Virus record (IMG/VR): IMGVR_UViG_3300037483_001818
Strand: one strand, 5' to 3'
Origin: a virus
Lineage: Duplodnaviria; Heunggongvirae; Uroviricota; Caudoviricetes
Length of the DNA stretch: 64,000 bases
Position 1 is the stretch's first letter, and each line of letters opens with the position of its first letter. This document shows, piece by piece, positions 42,967 to 53,788 of the stretch. The notes beneath the pieces are model-generated. The model had not been told where the DNA came from and did no database searches. It saw only the letters and a program-made list of their open reading frames with translations. The position numbers and the translations under genes are program-made.

Positions 42967-43469
42967 CTCGAACTGCACGGAGAACGCCTGGAGAACGCCT
43001 GGAGCTGCTCGATCGACTCGGGAACCTCCCCGAGACGCTTGCCGATGACCAGGAACTTGCCAGGCCGTATGGCTTCTGCCGCCGCCATGAGCTCGTGGAA
43101 TGCGAGCTGGATGATCGACGCCACGTTGAAGATGACGTGCATGAACGTGCGACCGCTGACCGTGTGGCGCAGGTCCGTAAAGTCGTTGTCGGCCTCTTGA
43201 TCGGTCTTGAACGGGTTGTACTTCTGCCTGGTCGTGTTTCGGGCCTCGGAGAGGAGGCTGTTGTTGATCTGGGCGAGGTTTGCGACGCCATGGTCTGCTT
43301 GCTCGCAGAGGTCGCGCATGTCCTTGATCAGCTTGTCGAGGGCCACGAGTTCCTTCTTGTCGGAAGCGGACTTGGCGAGATCGATCAGGCTGTAGAACTT
43401 GAGGGGATTCAACTCCACCGCGGTGGGGATGATCGCTCGAGCAGTGCCGGGGTCGCGAAGATCGAACAT
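42963..43469 (-). CDS. N-terminal part of the split AAA ATPase gene
   Basis: AAGGA RBS; joins the ATPase frame if one 11-bp repeat unit at 42979-43000 is removed. Confidence 0.7.
   Translation of the reverse strand: MFDLRDPGTARAIIPTAVELNPLKFYSLIDLAKSASDKKELVALDKLIKDMRDLCEQADHGVANLAQINNSLLSEARNTTRQKYNPFKTDQEADNDFTDLRHTVSGRTFMHVIFNVASIIQLAFHELMAAAEAIRPGKFLVIGKRLGEVPESIEQLQAFSRRSPCSSR
42979..43004. repeat. 11-bp tandem duplication GGAGAACGCCT x2 (+GGAG) causing a frameshift
   Basis: Read directly from the sequence. Confidence 0.92.
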
Positions 43470-43475
43470 GCGAGC

Positions 43476-44198
43476 TTATTCCTTTGGGTCCGTGCTTGGC
43501 GTTGAACGAGAAACCGTCGACGATTCCCCTCGAAAGGTTGCTTCCCATTTGCCGCTCGGTAGCATGGCGTGGGCGATAGCCTTCGCTCCACGCGGCTTAC
43601 GAAAGTCGTCAGCCCAGCGCTGATCCCGTGCGGTATCGGCCGCGGCCACCGGCAGATCGCTTGCCTCGCACACGACAACGCCGTGCAGTTCTACCGGCGT
43701 CGCTTTGGTCGGTGGACGATCGTGGGGACACTCCACCTCAAGATCGATCCAACGATTCCCAGGGCAGACCAGATACGGCAGTTCACCGTATGGGCGTGCA
43801 ACACCGTCGATGGTTACCGTGATCACGCGCCACGCAGTGCCGTCCGGCTCTTTCACATGCACAGCAGTCGGGCGTACGCTGCGCGTCGGCGACACTGAAA
43901 ACAGCATCTTCACGTCGACCGCGCGCGCGTGCAATGGGATGATCTCGCACTTCAGTTGGGAACGCCCAAGCGCACCAGCCTCACTTGAGGCGTCATGTTC
44001 CTTGAGCCATTCGACAAAGGCGCGCGTACATCCTTCGCACAGTCTTCCCCGTGGCTGTTGATCCGTGTCCGTTTTGAGCCCCGATGCATTCACGCTCAAA
44101 CGTGCCGTGTAGAAGTACAGCTCGTTGCGAGGGGTGGCCGTGAGCGGCTGGTCCGCTTCGCACCGAAGGCACGGCGTAGGTTTATCTTCGCGGGTCAC
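43476..44198 (-). CDS. Zn-ribbon plus jelly-roll-like beta-sandwich protein, paralog C
   Basis: VRPTAVHVKEPDGTAWRVITVTIDGVAR is colinear with paralog A (P, G, W, V, DGV conserved). Confidence 0.55.
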   Translation of the reverse strand: MTREDKPTPCLRCEADQPLTATPRNELYFYTARLSVNASGLKTDTDQQPRGRLCEGCTRAFVEWLKEHDASSEAGALGRSQLKCEIIPLHARAVDVKMLFSVSPTRSVRPTAVHVKEPDGTAWRVITVTIDGVARPYGELPYLVCPGNRWIDLEVECPHDRPPTKATPVELHGVVVCEASDLPVAAADTARDQRWADDFRKPRGAKAIAHAMLPSGKWEATFRGESSTVSRSTPSTDPKE

Positions 44199-44210
44199 GG
44201 AATGCTCCTA

Positions 44211-44561
44211 CTACGTGGTGGTGAGGGACTGGCGCGCAGCGCGACACATCACGCTGCCAACGCGAAACTTCTGGCAGATCTCGGGACGCGTCGCGTAGAT
44301 CGAGCACGAGCAGCGTTGTCCCGGCGTGCCGCGCAGGTGCTGGCAACCGATCGCTCCCGAGGCGAGTTGCTTAGCGCGTGTCGTGTGGCGTGTCTCGCCT
44401 CCGACGAAGACCTTGAGCAGCTGCCGCCGCACGTGGGGCGATATGCGCGCGACGTCCTCGTCGGTTAGGTCAGCGTAACCGTAATCGATCACGTCTGTGT
44501 CGCTGCCCGTGCTGATGCAGCACGCCCCGCACGATCGGCAGTCTGCTGACGTGAGCTTCAC
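44211..44561 (-). CDS. YkgJ-family Cys-cluster protein
   Basis: CRSCGACC...CQHL...CSIYATRPEICQKF. Confidence 0.85.
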   Translation of the reverse strand: MKLTSADCRSCGACCISTGSDTDVIDYGYADLTDEDVARISPHVRRQLLKVFVGGETRHTTRAKQLASGAIGCQHLRGTPGQRCSCSIYATRPEICQKFRVGSVMCRAARQSLTTT

Positions 44562-45065
44562 CGTTTTCTCCTAGCCGCGGCCAACGCGAGCGACTTGTCG
44601 CCGAGCCGTCGCTTGTCAGCACGCCGATCGGTATCGCTACGACGATCGGCCTTGCCGGCTTCGCGGCCTTTGATCGACGTGTCGCGCTGAAGCTGAACCT
44701 GGGAGTGATGCGTGCCGATAAGTTTTTCGACGCTCCATTCCACATTGTCCCAGTCAGCGCTGATCGCTTCCGCGGTGTCGATTGCTCCTTGGCGCGAGTT
44801 CGCGTCGACGCGAACGCGCGCCACTTGCTGCACGTCACGCCGGAGCGCGACCTCGTACGTTTGCGGCTTCTTGCTCACGTCTGCACCTCGGCCCCGGCGA
44901 GCCACAGGATCCAGCGCCGGAGGTCATCCATCTCGGCCGTCGAGGCCAAGGAAAAAAGCGCCTCGTGACGACGCCTTTGTTCGCGCAGGTATGCGAGCAG
45001 CGAGACGCGCAGCTCGTTCGCTGGCGAGTCCGGGTTCCAGCCCATCCGCACCGTCGGCCTCTCCA

Positions 45066-45419
45066 TCACGCTACCGTCCAACGGTTGCGGATCGCGAACC
45101 GGCACAACGCGACGTTGTTCCTGAGACCGAGCTTCCGGAGGAGGTGACCGCGGTGTGTGTCGACCGTCTTGATCGAGATCTTGAGCTCGTCGCCGATCTC
45201 GCGGTTGGTCTTGCCCTCGGCGAGAAGCAGCGCGACCTGGCGCTCACGGTTGGTTAGTGTGGGGAACGGCCCGAGGTATCCGCCCTCAGGCTCGGCCGTG
45301 CCATCGACGATCACACGCGTGAGATCCCCTTCTGGGGTATCTTGAAATTGCGGTTGCGGAAGAGGGGTCTCTGTTCCGTGCGTCTCGACGCGCGCGCCAA
45401 GGACGTTGTCGATGTTCAC
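45066..45419 (-). CDS. LuxR/NarL-type HTH regulator without a receiver domain
   Basis: LTNRERQVALLLAEGKTNREIGDELKISIKTVDTHRGHLLRKLG; GGAGG RBS and GTG. Confidence 0.88.
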   Translation of the reverse strand: MNIDNVLGARVETHGTETPLPQPQFQDTPEGDLTRVIVDGTAEPEGGYLGPFPTLTNRERQVALLLAEGKTNREIGDELKISIKTVDTHRGHLLRKLGLRNNVALCRFAIRNRWTVA

Positions 45420-46604
45420 GGGACCTCCGTCACGCGATCCGGCATCCGTGTGAGGGCCTGGATGCGCCGCACGCCCTCGTGCAGGCTGTGCGCTCTCTTG
45501 CGGTATCGGTGCATCAGTGGCTTCCCAATGTCTTGGCGAAGTCGGCCCAGACTCTGATCTGTCGATCGACGTCGGCAAACGGGCGGGCGTTGTACGTTTC
45601 GGCGACGCGCCAGACGACGCCGGCCTCGTCGACGACACGCTTGCCTATCCTGGCGAGGTCGTTGTCGATCCAGAACACGTCTTCGCCGGGCGCTCCCTCA
45701 CGGACGAGCTTGACCTGACGCAGCATCTTCGACTTGGACTTGGTCGTCGTCATTGCTCAGGCGCTCCATCTCGGGCGCCCTTCATCGGTGTCTTCCGCAG
45801 GCTGTCCGCGCAGAGTTTCAGGAACTCGTGCGGTTTCGGCGTTTCGTTCGCCAGGAGAACGATCGCGCACACGAGCTGCGCGGAGGCGCGCACGGGATCG
45901 CCGCCGCTCTGCTGTCGCGCGAGCTGGAGGATCTGGAGCGCCGAGGCCCAGTGCGGATCGGTCGCGCACAGACTGTCGAGGACGTCCTTGTCCATCTCCT
46001 TGCTCACGAGATTCCCTTTTCGCGCAGCATCTGCAAGACGCCGCTGTAGAACTTGATCTTGTTGTGCACGCGAAAGGTTGGGCCTTGCGCGGCGCAGACC
46101 ATCTCGACGAGGGCGCGCATGATCGCCAAGAGGACCGGAGCGGAGTGCTCCTGGGCGAGCCGAGCGACCTCGGCCTCAAATTGCCGCAGATCGGTGTCCT
46201 GAGCGGCGACGCGTGCCTTGGCCTCGTCGATGTTCACGCGATCTCCTCGTGGGTGAAGAACGCCTCGATCCAAGGCTCCACGATGCGTAACTCCGTGACG
46301 GACTGCGAACGATCGTTCTGGCGGAGACGCTCCTCGGCGTGGGTTGTGATCCGTTGCAGGACCTGTTCGGCAGGACGCGTCAGGTCGTGATCCGGTTGTT
46401 CGCGGTGCTTCTTGATCCAGCCCGAAACCACGTTCCAGCCTTCGACCGCTTTTTGAGGTCCTTCGGGATCGTCCAGGAAGTTGTCGACGGCTGTACGTAT
46501 CCACACGAGCAGCACCTTCGCAGGATCGCCGTCTTTGAGATATTCCGCGAGTGACGCGCGAGCCAAGAAACCCTGGCCGAACGCTTTTGCTTTCTCGAAC
46601 GTCG

Positions 46605-46850
46605 TCACGCGGGAATCTCCTCGTAGTCATCGCGGAACGACTCATCCTCCATCGCGATGAACTCGTTGTCGGAGTAGAGGATCCACTCGCCTTCAGAGGC
46701 GGTGCCTTCCTCGGGCAAGACGACCAAGGGTCCGCGCGTCTCGAACATCGCATCATGCTTGTCGAACCACGTAGCAAACGCCTCGCGGTTCGCGTCCGTG
46801 TCCGTCCAGCGCATCGCCTCGACGGCGTGTTTGCAACGGTAGGTTTTCAC
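46605..46850 (-). CDS. KKPVVIEA-family phage protein
   Basis: AVEAMRW...GEWIL...FRDDYE. Confidence 0.55.
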   Translation of the reverse strand: MKTYRCKHAVEAMRWTDTDANREAFATWFDKHDAMFETRGPLVVLPEEGTASEGEWILYSDNEFIAMEDESFRDDYEEIPA

Positions 46851-47415
46851 GCGGCCTCCGTGATTCGACGGATCGTGGCGTCAGCGATCACGATCGCGCG
46901 CTGGACGAGGATGTCGTCGTCGACAAAGACTGCTGCACTGCCCGACAGCGCCGCCGCGACGAGCTTCATCCGCGCTTCGTTCTTGAGCGCTTTTTCCATC
47001 TTCGCGTAGTCCTTCTTGAGACTCTCGCGGAGGACGTACAGTTGGCGGTGGTGGAGGCAGGCTTCCGCGTAGTCGAGGTAGCTGTAGTTGTCGTTCTCGA
47101 TGTGGCGGCAGATGCAGCCGGTCGGTGTCGCGGAGACCAACTCTTCGAGATGGATCGCTGCGCCACGCATCAGGTCGGCTGCTTGACGGAGGTCCTTCTC
47201 GGTCGCGTGATCGGGCATGTACGAGATCGCGCCGATCCGCACGAGATTTTCGAGGAACTGCGCATGGTCGTTCAGCTCGAGAGCGCGTTTGCTGAAGCGG
47301 TGACGGTTCACGCTATGCCCCTACGATCGAGGTGTTTCCCACGCCAATCTTGTTGAGAGGCATGGCGGAGAGATCTCTTGGCAACCAGCAGTTCATGCGC
47401 GATGCAGATCGGTAA

Positions 47416-47454
47416 CACACCTTGATTGTCTATACAATGTCTGGTAGATGACTA
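47416..47454. promoter_or_regulatory. Overlapping divergent sigma70-like promoters with operator-like repeats
   Basis: Plus: TTGATT-N17-TAGATG. Minus: TAGTCA-N18-GACAAT-N6-GTG. Inverted repeat ATTGT-ctat-ACAAT; TGTCT repeated 11 bp apart. Confidence 0.55.
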
Positions 47455-47466
47455 GCTGCACTCGAC

Positions 47467-47694
47467 ATGGCATCCCGACGAGATCTCCACGACACTCAAT
47501 TCGCGATTCGCGTGCGTAAGCGAGATCTTGCTGCGTGGAAACGCGCAGCGAAATCTGCGGATGAGCCGCTGTCCTCGTGGGCGCGCAAGATGCTCAACCT
47601 CTCCGCGATTCCTTCACCGCCGTCAGTTCCTCCTACGGTGTCTGGAGATCAAGTAGAGCTGCCCTTTCTGAAAGGTAAGAGGAAACAGTCGTGA
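47467..47694 (+). CDS. Ribbon-helix-helix transcriptional regulator
   Basis: TQFAIRV strand, RDLAAWKRAAK helix, PLSSWARKML helix; located at the strand switch. Confidence 0.7.
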   Translation: MASRRDLHDTQFAIRVRKRDLAAWKRAAKSADEPLSSWARKMLNLSAIPSPPSVPPTVSGDQVELPFLKGKRKQS

Positions 47695-49420
47695 ACGGTT
47701 GGGTTTACTTCTCTCGCAATGAAGGTGCGCTGCGATGACACCGCTCACCGTCCCTGAGGCGCGCGCGATCCTTCTTGCTGACGAGGGTCTTCAGCTCTCG
47801 TACGAAACACGGCTGGCGGCGGGACAGACGTTCGGTATCGAGGAGCGAGAAGCGTGGGCCAGACTCGTCGCGAGCGCGACCGCCCGGATCGCGGCGTACG
47901 AGCGACCGCCGACCATACCGACACCGACACTGTCCCCCGGCGGCAACGAGCCTGACTTTCAGACTCTCGCTCTGGAAGCTGTCGCGGCGGCGCAGGAGAT
48001 CTCGTGCGGCATCGAGCAGCACATCGCAGCGCCGATGGCGGCCATGCTCAACGCGGCCGGTCCGCTCGCCCGCGCACTCACCGAGAAGGTGGAGCGGCTG
48101 GAGGCACTTGTTAGCAACCTGCGTACCGGCGTCATCAACGCGTGTGACGCGGCATGCGACAGCATCGATCAACGCCGCTTCTTGCGGCAGGTACGCCACA
48201 CCGCGAACCACCTCAATTTGCCGTTCAACTGGGACGACATCGTGGAGGACTTCGCGACGTCGCAACTGGAACACACCAAAGGTAGCGCCCCATGAGCTGC
48301 TTCCAGTGTGATCTGGATATTCCGCACGTCTGCTACGCGGGCATGCCTGACGCGCGATGGGGCTTGGGCGACGAGGCCATGGCCGTTCTTGAGGGCGCGC
48401 AGCGGCATGGCTATATGTTGACGCCTGCACAGCATCAAGCGCGGGCGCGATCGGCGGCGAAGCTCCGCACGGTTAACCACGTTCTCAGTAAACCCCTGCG
48501 TGCGAAGAAGCGGAGGGTACGGTGACCGTCGAGGCGCCAGCTGTCCGCTGTGACGGGTGTGGACGACCGCACCCACAGCGAAAACTGTCTGAGCCGGCGA
48601 CCGTCATTATGCACTGCGCGGATTGCAAGGTGCCGTTCTCGCTTGATGAGATTGGAACGCTATTCCGCAAGGCGAACATGCGCGACACCAACGCCGCACG
48701 TCAGCTGCGCGGCGTCATCGTCAACGACTTCATCGCAGCGCTGCGCACAGCGCGGGGCAGGTGATGCCATGAAGCAACGCACCACAACGATTCGTGTCTT
48801 GAACGAGACCTGGCGTGTGCCTCGCGGCTTCGGCGCTGTGTACCGCCGCGTGCTCAAAGATCACTTCGCGCTGGTCGCGGCCGGCAAGCCTGGCAAGCTG
48901 ATCTCCGAGGTGGTCGATCTGCTCGCGCTGGTCGGCTACGACGGGACTCGCGAGCAAGTCGCTAACTGGGATCTGCGCAAGCGCGTCGAGGCGGTGATCT
49001 ACGCGGCGACCGAGCATGCACGCGCGTCGGACAATCCCGTGCAGCGTTACCCGCGGCCGAGCTGGCTGCCGACCCCGTGGCAGGGACCGCCCGCTGACGT
49101 CAGCGGCATCAGAGCCGATCTGCGCGGCGCGTTCGCCGGACCGAGCGGAACACCGATCGCGGAGGGAGCAAAGGCGTGAAGTACGCGGCTCTCGTGACGA
49201 AGTCGATCCTGATCCCTGGCGACGAGCGTTCACGCTCGGCACCAGGCCACGGATATTCCGAGCACACCCAGGACTATCTCGAGCTGGTGACGTTCGAGAA
49301 CAAGACGGCCATGGAGGCGTGGGTGAAGCGATCCACGACGGGCTACAGCAAGCCGACGTTCAAGCTCATCCAGTACGAGGAGCTGAACTACGAGACGACG
49401 GTGTCCGTGAAGGTGACGCC

Positions 49421-50056
49421 GTGACAACACCCATTGAAGAGGCGGTTGTCGCTCCAGTCGCCACGCCTGTCGCGTTACGGCCGCGCTATGTCCCGAACTA
49501 CGTCGACGCCTCGCCGGAAGACCTCGCGAGCGTTCCCTGGGGAACGTTCACAGAGGCCCGTCAGGAGTGCTTCATGGCGCTCACGACGATGAACTACACC
49601 TACGGCTCAGGTCGCGGTGTGAGGACGTACACCTCGGTTCCATATCTGCCCTGGGTGGAGACGATTCGTCAGCATCTGAACCAGAGCCCGCTCCTGCACG
49701 ACGGGCTCGGGCTCTCCGTCAAGAAGCGCCAGTACAACGTTTGCTTCCTCAACCGTTACGAGGACGCTGGTCAGCATCTCGGGTGGCACGCGGATGACTC
49801 ACCGGGCATGAACCATGAGCACCCGATCGCCGTGGTCTCGTTCGGTCAGGCACGCGAAATCTGGTGGCGCAGGAGCGATCACAAGGGCGTGATTTCGGTT
49901 GAACAACGGCAGCGCCTCGAACACGGATCACTGCTCGTGATGCCCGTCGGCTTTCAGCGCGAGCACCAGCACAAGATCCCGAAGGGCGATCGGAAGATGC
50001 AGCCCCGGGTGAGTCTGACGTTCAGGCACTACATCCCAGCGTTGGGGGACGCATGA
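49421..50056 (+). CDS. AlkB-family 2OG-Fe(II) dioxygenase
   Basis: CFLNRYED...GWHADD...VSFG...HKIPK...RVSLTFR (HxD...H...R). Confidence 0.9.
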   Translation: MTTPIEEAVVAPVATPVALRPRYVPNYVDASPEDLASVPWGTFTEARQECFMALTTMNYTYGSGRGVRTYTSVPYLPWVETIRQHLNQSPLLHDGLGLSVKKRQYNVCFLNRYEDAGQHLGWHADDSPGMNHEHPIAVVSFGQAREIWWRRSDHKGVISVEQRQRLEHGSLLVMPVGFQREHQHKIPKGDRKMQPRVSLTFRHYIPALGDA

Positions 50057-50559
50057 AGCATTTCGCGAAGAGACGAGAGCCTATCGTCGCCGTGCAATGG
50101 ACGGGCGAGCTGACGCCGGACATGACGGCGTTGATCGGCGATCGTCTGTTCCACGTTGACGGCGATCGGCAGCTGGTGTTTGGTAACGCCAAGGGGTGTG
50201 GCCGGTTCGCGTGCGTTGGTGACTGGATCGTGTCGTCCTCCGGCGAGGACCTCACTGTGATCGGCAACGAGGTGTTCGAAAGGGTCTACGAGGAGGTTGA
50301 CGATACCGGTCGCAGCTTGCCTCCGACCGACGCCGAGTACGAACTCACGAGCCGCAGCTTCGTGCGAGAGCTCGACGCGCTGCTCGTCGAGGGCTTGAGG
50401 CTCTCTCGCAAGGAGCACCCGAATATCTTCCTCGGTCGCGATCGACTGTTGAACCGGGTGCGGTGTCTGCTCGACGATGAAAGGTACAGAGCGTCATACC
50501 GCGAGCAGCGGCGGATCATGGCGAAGATCGCCCAGATCGTCCAGGAGCGGACACTGTGA
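50053..50559 (+). CDS. KKPVVIEA-family phage protein with C-terminal extension
   Basis: PIVAVQWTG...GDWIV...FERVYEE. Confidence 0.55.
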   Translation: MKHFAKRREPIVAVQWTGELTPDMTALIGDRLFHVDGDRQLVFGNAKGCGRFACVGDWIVSSSGEDLTVIGNEVFERVYEEVDDTGRSLPPTDAEYELTSRSFVRELDALLVEGLRLSRKEHPNIFLGRDRLLNRVRCLLDDERYRASYREQRRIMAKIAQIVQERTL

Positions 50560-53135
50560 GCAATCAAGTGCGCATCGACTACGACGACGATCAGTTGAAC
50601 GTTGTCGAGAAGATCAACCGTGCCTTGAAAGCGCACGGGCTTGTCTTGGTCGACGACGACTTGCCTCACGATGGGTACTGCCTCTTCACCCTGCGCGTGA
50701 TTCCGGTACCTACAGAGACGAAACGATGAAGCAGCCGACGTGGCTTCCCATGTGCAACCGCTGCGATCGCGCGAAGGCTCCGCGTGGTTGCGTCCCGGTC
50801 GATGCTACGGAGATCGAGGATTACTGCACGCGGCGATGCGTTGGTTACGAGGAGCATCCTCGGCCCATCCGACTGTCGTCGAGCACGGAGGCGTCGTCGT
50901 GAGCGCTAGCGTCGATCACACGCCGGACAGGCTTCGCGTGAAGGTACGAGAGCAGTGCTCTCAAATCTCGCTCCAGGATCTACGTGTCGTGATCGCGGTG
51001 CATCGCGTGAACTGTCACCAAGCGGACTGCCCGATCCTCTCCATCATGGAGCAGGACGCGCAGGCGAGGTCGTTGACGCCATGACGACGCGCGGATCGTT
51101 CCTTCCGAGCCAGGTCATGCTTAGCAGCTCGCCGTTGGTTGGCACGATGGACAACTCGGAGCGCGAGTTTGCTGCCGCGCTGCTCGTCCGTGCCTGTCAG
51201 GTTCTCGGCGACGCGTGGAAGCCGGTAGAGCTTCGCGACCTCGGTCAGGTCATGAAGTCCGACGTTGACCAAGGCCACGAACCGCTGACGAGCTTCAAGG
51301 CCAATTCCTTCTTCAATCCTAACTTCGATCTGTTCGCGGACGGAGTCTATGGTCGATGGCTTGGGGTGCCCCGGGAGAGTGCGCTCGAATTCACCGAGCG
51401 TGGCATCGAAGCGTTGCGCAGGTGGGTGACGCCGTGAGGTCCGACAATCCCGGCGTTTCGATCGTTCCGACTGCCGACGATCGCGGGTGGGTCGTCTGCA
51501 ATCTGTGCGAAGCCATCGAAGACGGCAATGCCACATGCTGGGCGTGCGTCGATCGATGGGGATGGGCGCGTGGGAAGACGTGGCACACGGAACTCGTCGC
51601 GAAGCTGCGCACGCAGAAGCCTGGACCGCCGATGGACGAAGCTGAGATCGCTGCGTTTGTCGCGAGGCTCGAGAGGTCGTCGATATGAGCGTTTCAGAAG
51701 AAAGCGCCAGCGCGAAGGTCTTCGAGACGTTCGATCGGCAAGCGCTTGTAGTCTTGCAGGCGCGCGACGTTCCGCGCGTTCGCGCAGCCGACTACCTGAG
51801 CAAGACTCCCGAGTCTGACGCTGAGGCCGACGAAGAGTTGGCGCGCTGGGACGACTACTTCGCGAAGTTCGCCAAGCTGACCGGTGCCGCGTGCCTGTGC
51901 TGCGGCAATAGCCTGCGCTGCCATCTCAACATGGGCCTTTTCGGAGGTTTCGAGTGGGGCTTGGCGCACGGCGAGGGGCACTGCGCGTATTGCCGTTACC
52001 CGATGCGCGGCCATCACGTTGTTGACGGCCTTGGCACGATCCGAAATCTATTTCTGCCGTATCACCCGAGCACGCTCTCGTTTGCACCCGAGGAGGAACC
52101 GTGAAGAAACTTCCCAAGACGTATCAAGGTGCTGAAGTCGCGCGTGGGCTTGGCATGAATTTCGACGCTCTCGACACGTTCATCGACAAGAAGGCGATGG
52201 ACAACTTCGATGCGACGCGTGAGATGTGGATCGTCGTCGAGGACAAGGCGCTCGAAGACATCGACAGCTCTGTCGAGATCAAGGGGTTCGCGAGCAAGGC
52301 CAACGCAGTGCGCTTCGCTCGTGCCCGTTCCAAGGGCAACGTCGATCACCGCGTGCTGCGCGTGACCGAGCAGGTGCTCGTGGTCGCAACGGACAACGAG
52401 CTGTGATCGAGATCGATGGGCCGTTGTGGTTCGCGGGGGCGATCGTGATCTGTGGCGCGCACGCACTCTACCTCCGCAGCTGGCGTCGCGAACAGCGGAA
52501 GCAGGTGACGTGGTGGAAGAAGCACGACGCCGATGCGGAGCGTCGCCACGCGGAGTTCATGCGTGCGCTCGACGATCGCGGTGACGCGCTCGGATGGAAC
52601 CTCGACGGTGGAAGCGTGCGGGGGCAAGCATGATCGACCGCCGTGCAGAGCTCGCGGAGTCCGCCGTGTTGGAGCGCTCCAAAGCGCGAGAGAGCAATCG
52701 TTTGCTGCGCATTGGCGACGACGGCATCCCGTACTGTTCGTACGAGGCTTGCGCGCAGTACGACGGGAAACGCTGCCGCGAGCTGGGGCATCGCCCTGCA
52801 AGCCTGTGTGAGCCCCAGATCGCCGATATGGCGCGAGATCTCGCCGCGTACCGCGCGCACTACGTGACCAAGAAGAGCGCAGATCTGATGCTGCAAGCCG
52901 CTCTCATTGAGCTTGATCGCGCTACCCAGCAAGTTGTCGCGAACTTTGACGAGCATGCCAAGAAGGCGGGCATCGTCGACCTTTGGACTTCTCTCCGTGA
53001 ACGACTCGGCGTTTCCCTAGATCAGCTGGAGGCGGTCTTCGAGGCGGCGCTCGCGTGGCGAGAGAACGCCCTTCCGGGCGGTGTGCCCGAGCAACAGTTG
53101 ATCGCCGCGATCGGCGCGGCACGAAAGGAACGTCC

Positions 53136-53501
53136 ATGAAGGAGCACAACTGGACCGTCACTGTTCGCTACGCGGGGGTGCCTGGATCTCGCCCCAAAAC
53201 GCGCCGTCATCCCTCCCCGGAGGATTTCCTCCGGCGCACCGTCGTCGGCCCCGCGAGTCCGTTGACCGTCGAGGCGGCTCTCGCCTTGCTGGACATTCCC
53301 GAGAATGTGCGCGTGATGATTCGCGCGAAGGACGTCGTGCGGGACTTCGTGGAAGGCAGGCTCGTGCCCGATCAGCCGTATCCGCACCACACGGTCGGGA
53401 TGCACTACGTCAGCAACGCGCCCGACGCGCAGCTCGTGGAATGGTCGATCGACTTCGCGTTCGTCACGCGGGTGATTGTTGAAACCGGAGGTCTGGCATG
53501 A
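53136..53501 (+). CDS. Hypothetical protein, tandem paralog 1
   Basis: VVGPA..TVEAALALL.IPENVR.MIRA...VRDFVEG shared with the next gene. Confidence 0.6.
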   Translation: MKEHNWTVTVRYAGVPGSRPKTRRHPSPEDFLRRTVVGPASPLTVEAALALLDIPENVRVMIRAKDVVRDFVEGRLVPDQPYPHHTVGMHYVSNAPDAQLVEWSIDFAFVTRVIVETGGLA

Positions 53502-53788
53502 AGGTACAGGACTGGTTCTTCAGCATTCGTCTCTGGCCAGATCCCGCGACGCGGGTGATGAAACGTGTCGCGGTCGTGGGACCCGCCCGCGCGTCGACCG
53601 TTGAATCGGCGTTGCACCTCGTGGGCGCGCCCGAGGATGTGCGCACCGAGATCCGCGCTGACGAGACGGTGCGCAAGTTCGTCGAAGGCGGGCTCGATCC
53701 TGAATCGAACGGCTACTACGTGCCGTGCCGTCGGGAAGGGGGATCGTGGGTTGTTTGCATCGCTTCGATTCAGGAGGTGATCCGATGA
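53498..53788 (+). CDS. Hypothetical protein, tandem paralog 2
   Basis: VVGPA..TVESALHLV.APEDVR.EIRA...VRKFVEG. Confidence 0.6.
   Translation: MKVQDWFFSIRLWPDPATRVMKRVAVVGPARASTVESALHLVGAPEDVRTEIRADETVRKFVEGGLDPESNGYYVPCRREGGSWVVCIASIQEVIR

Larger units (their letters stand above)
16086..47418 (-). other. About 31-kb leftward run of small, coupled viral accessory genes
   Basis: Nearly continuous minus-strand ORFs with ATGA/GTGA overlaps, mostly hypothetical. Confidence 0.8.

Noticed and set aside
42967-43548. N-terminal 190 aa of the 797-aa AAA ORF in the track
   Set aside because: Shadow frame; the coding frame upstream of the 11-bp duplication is the 43469-42963 ORF
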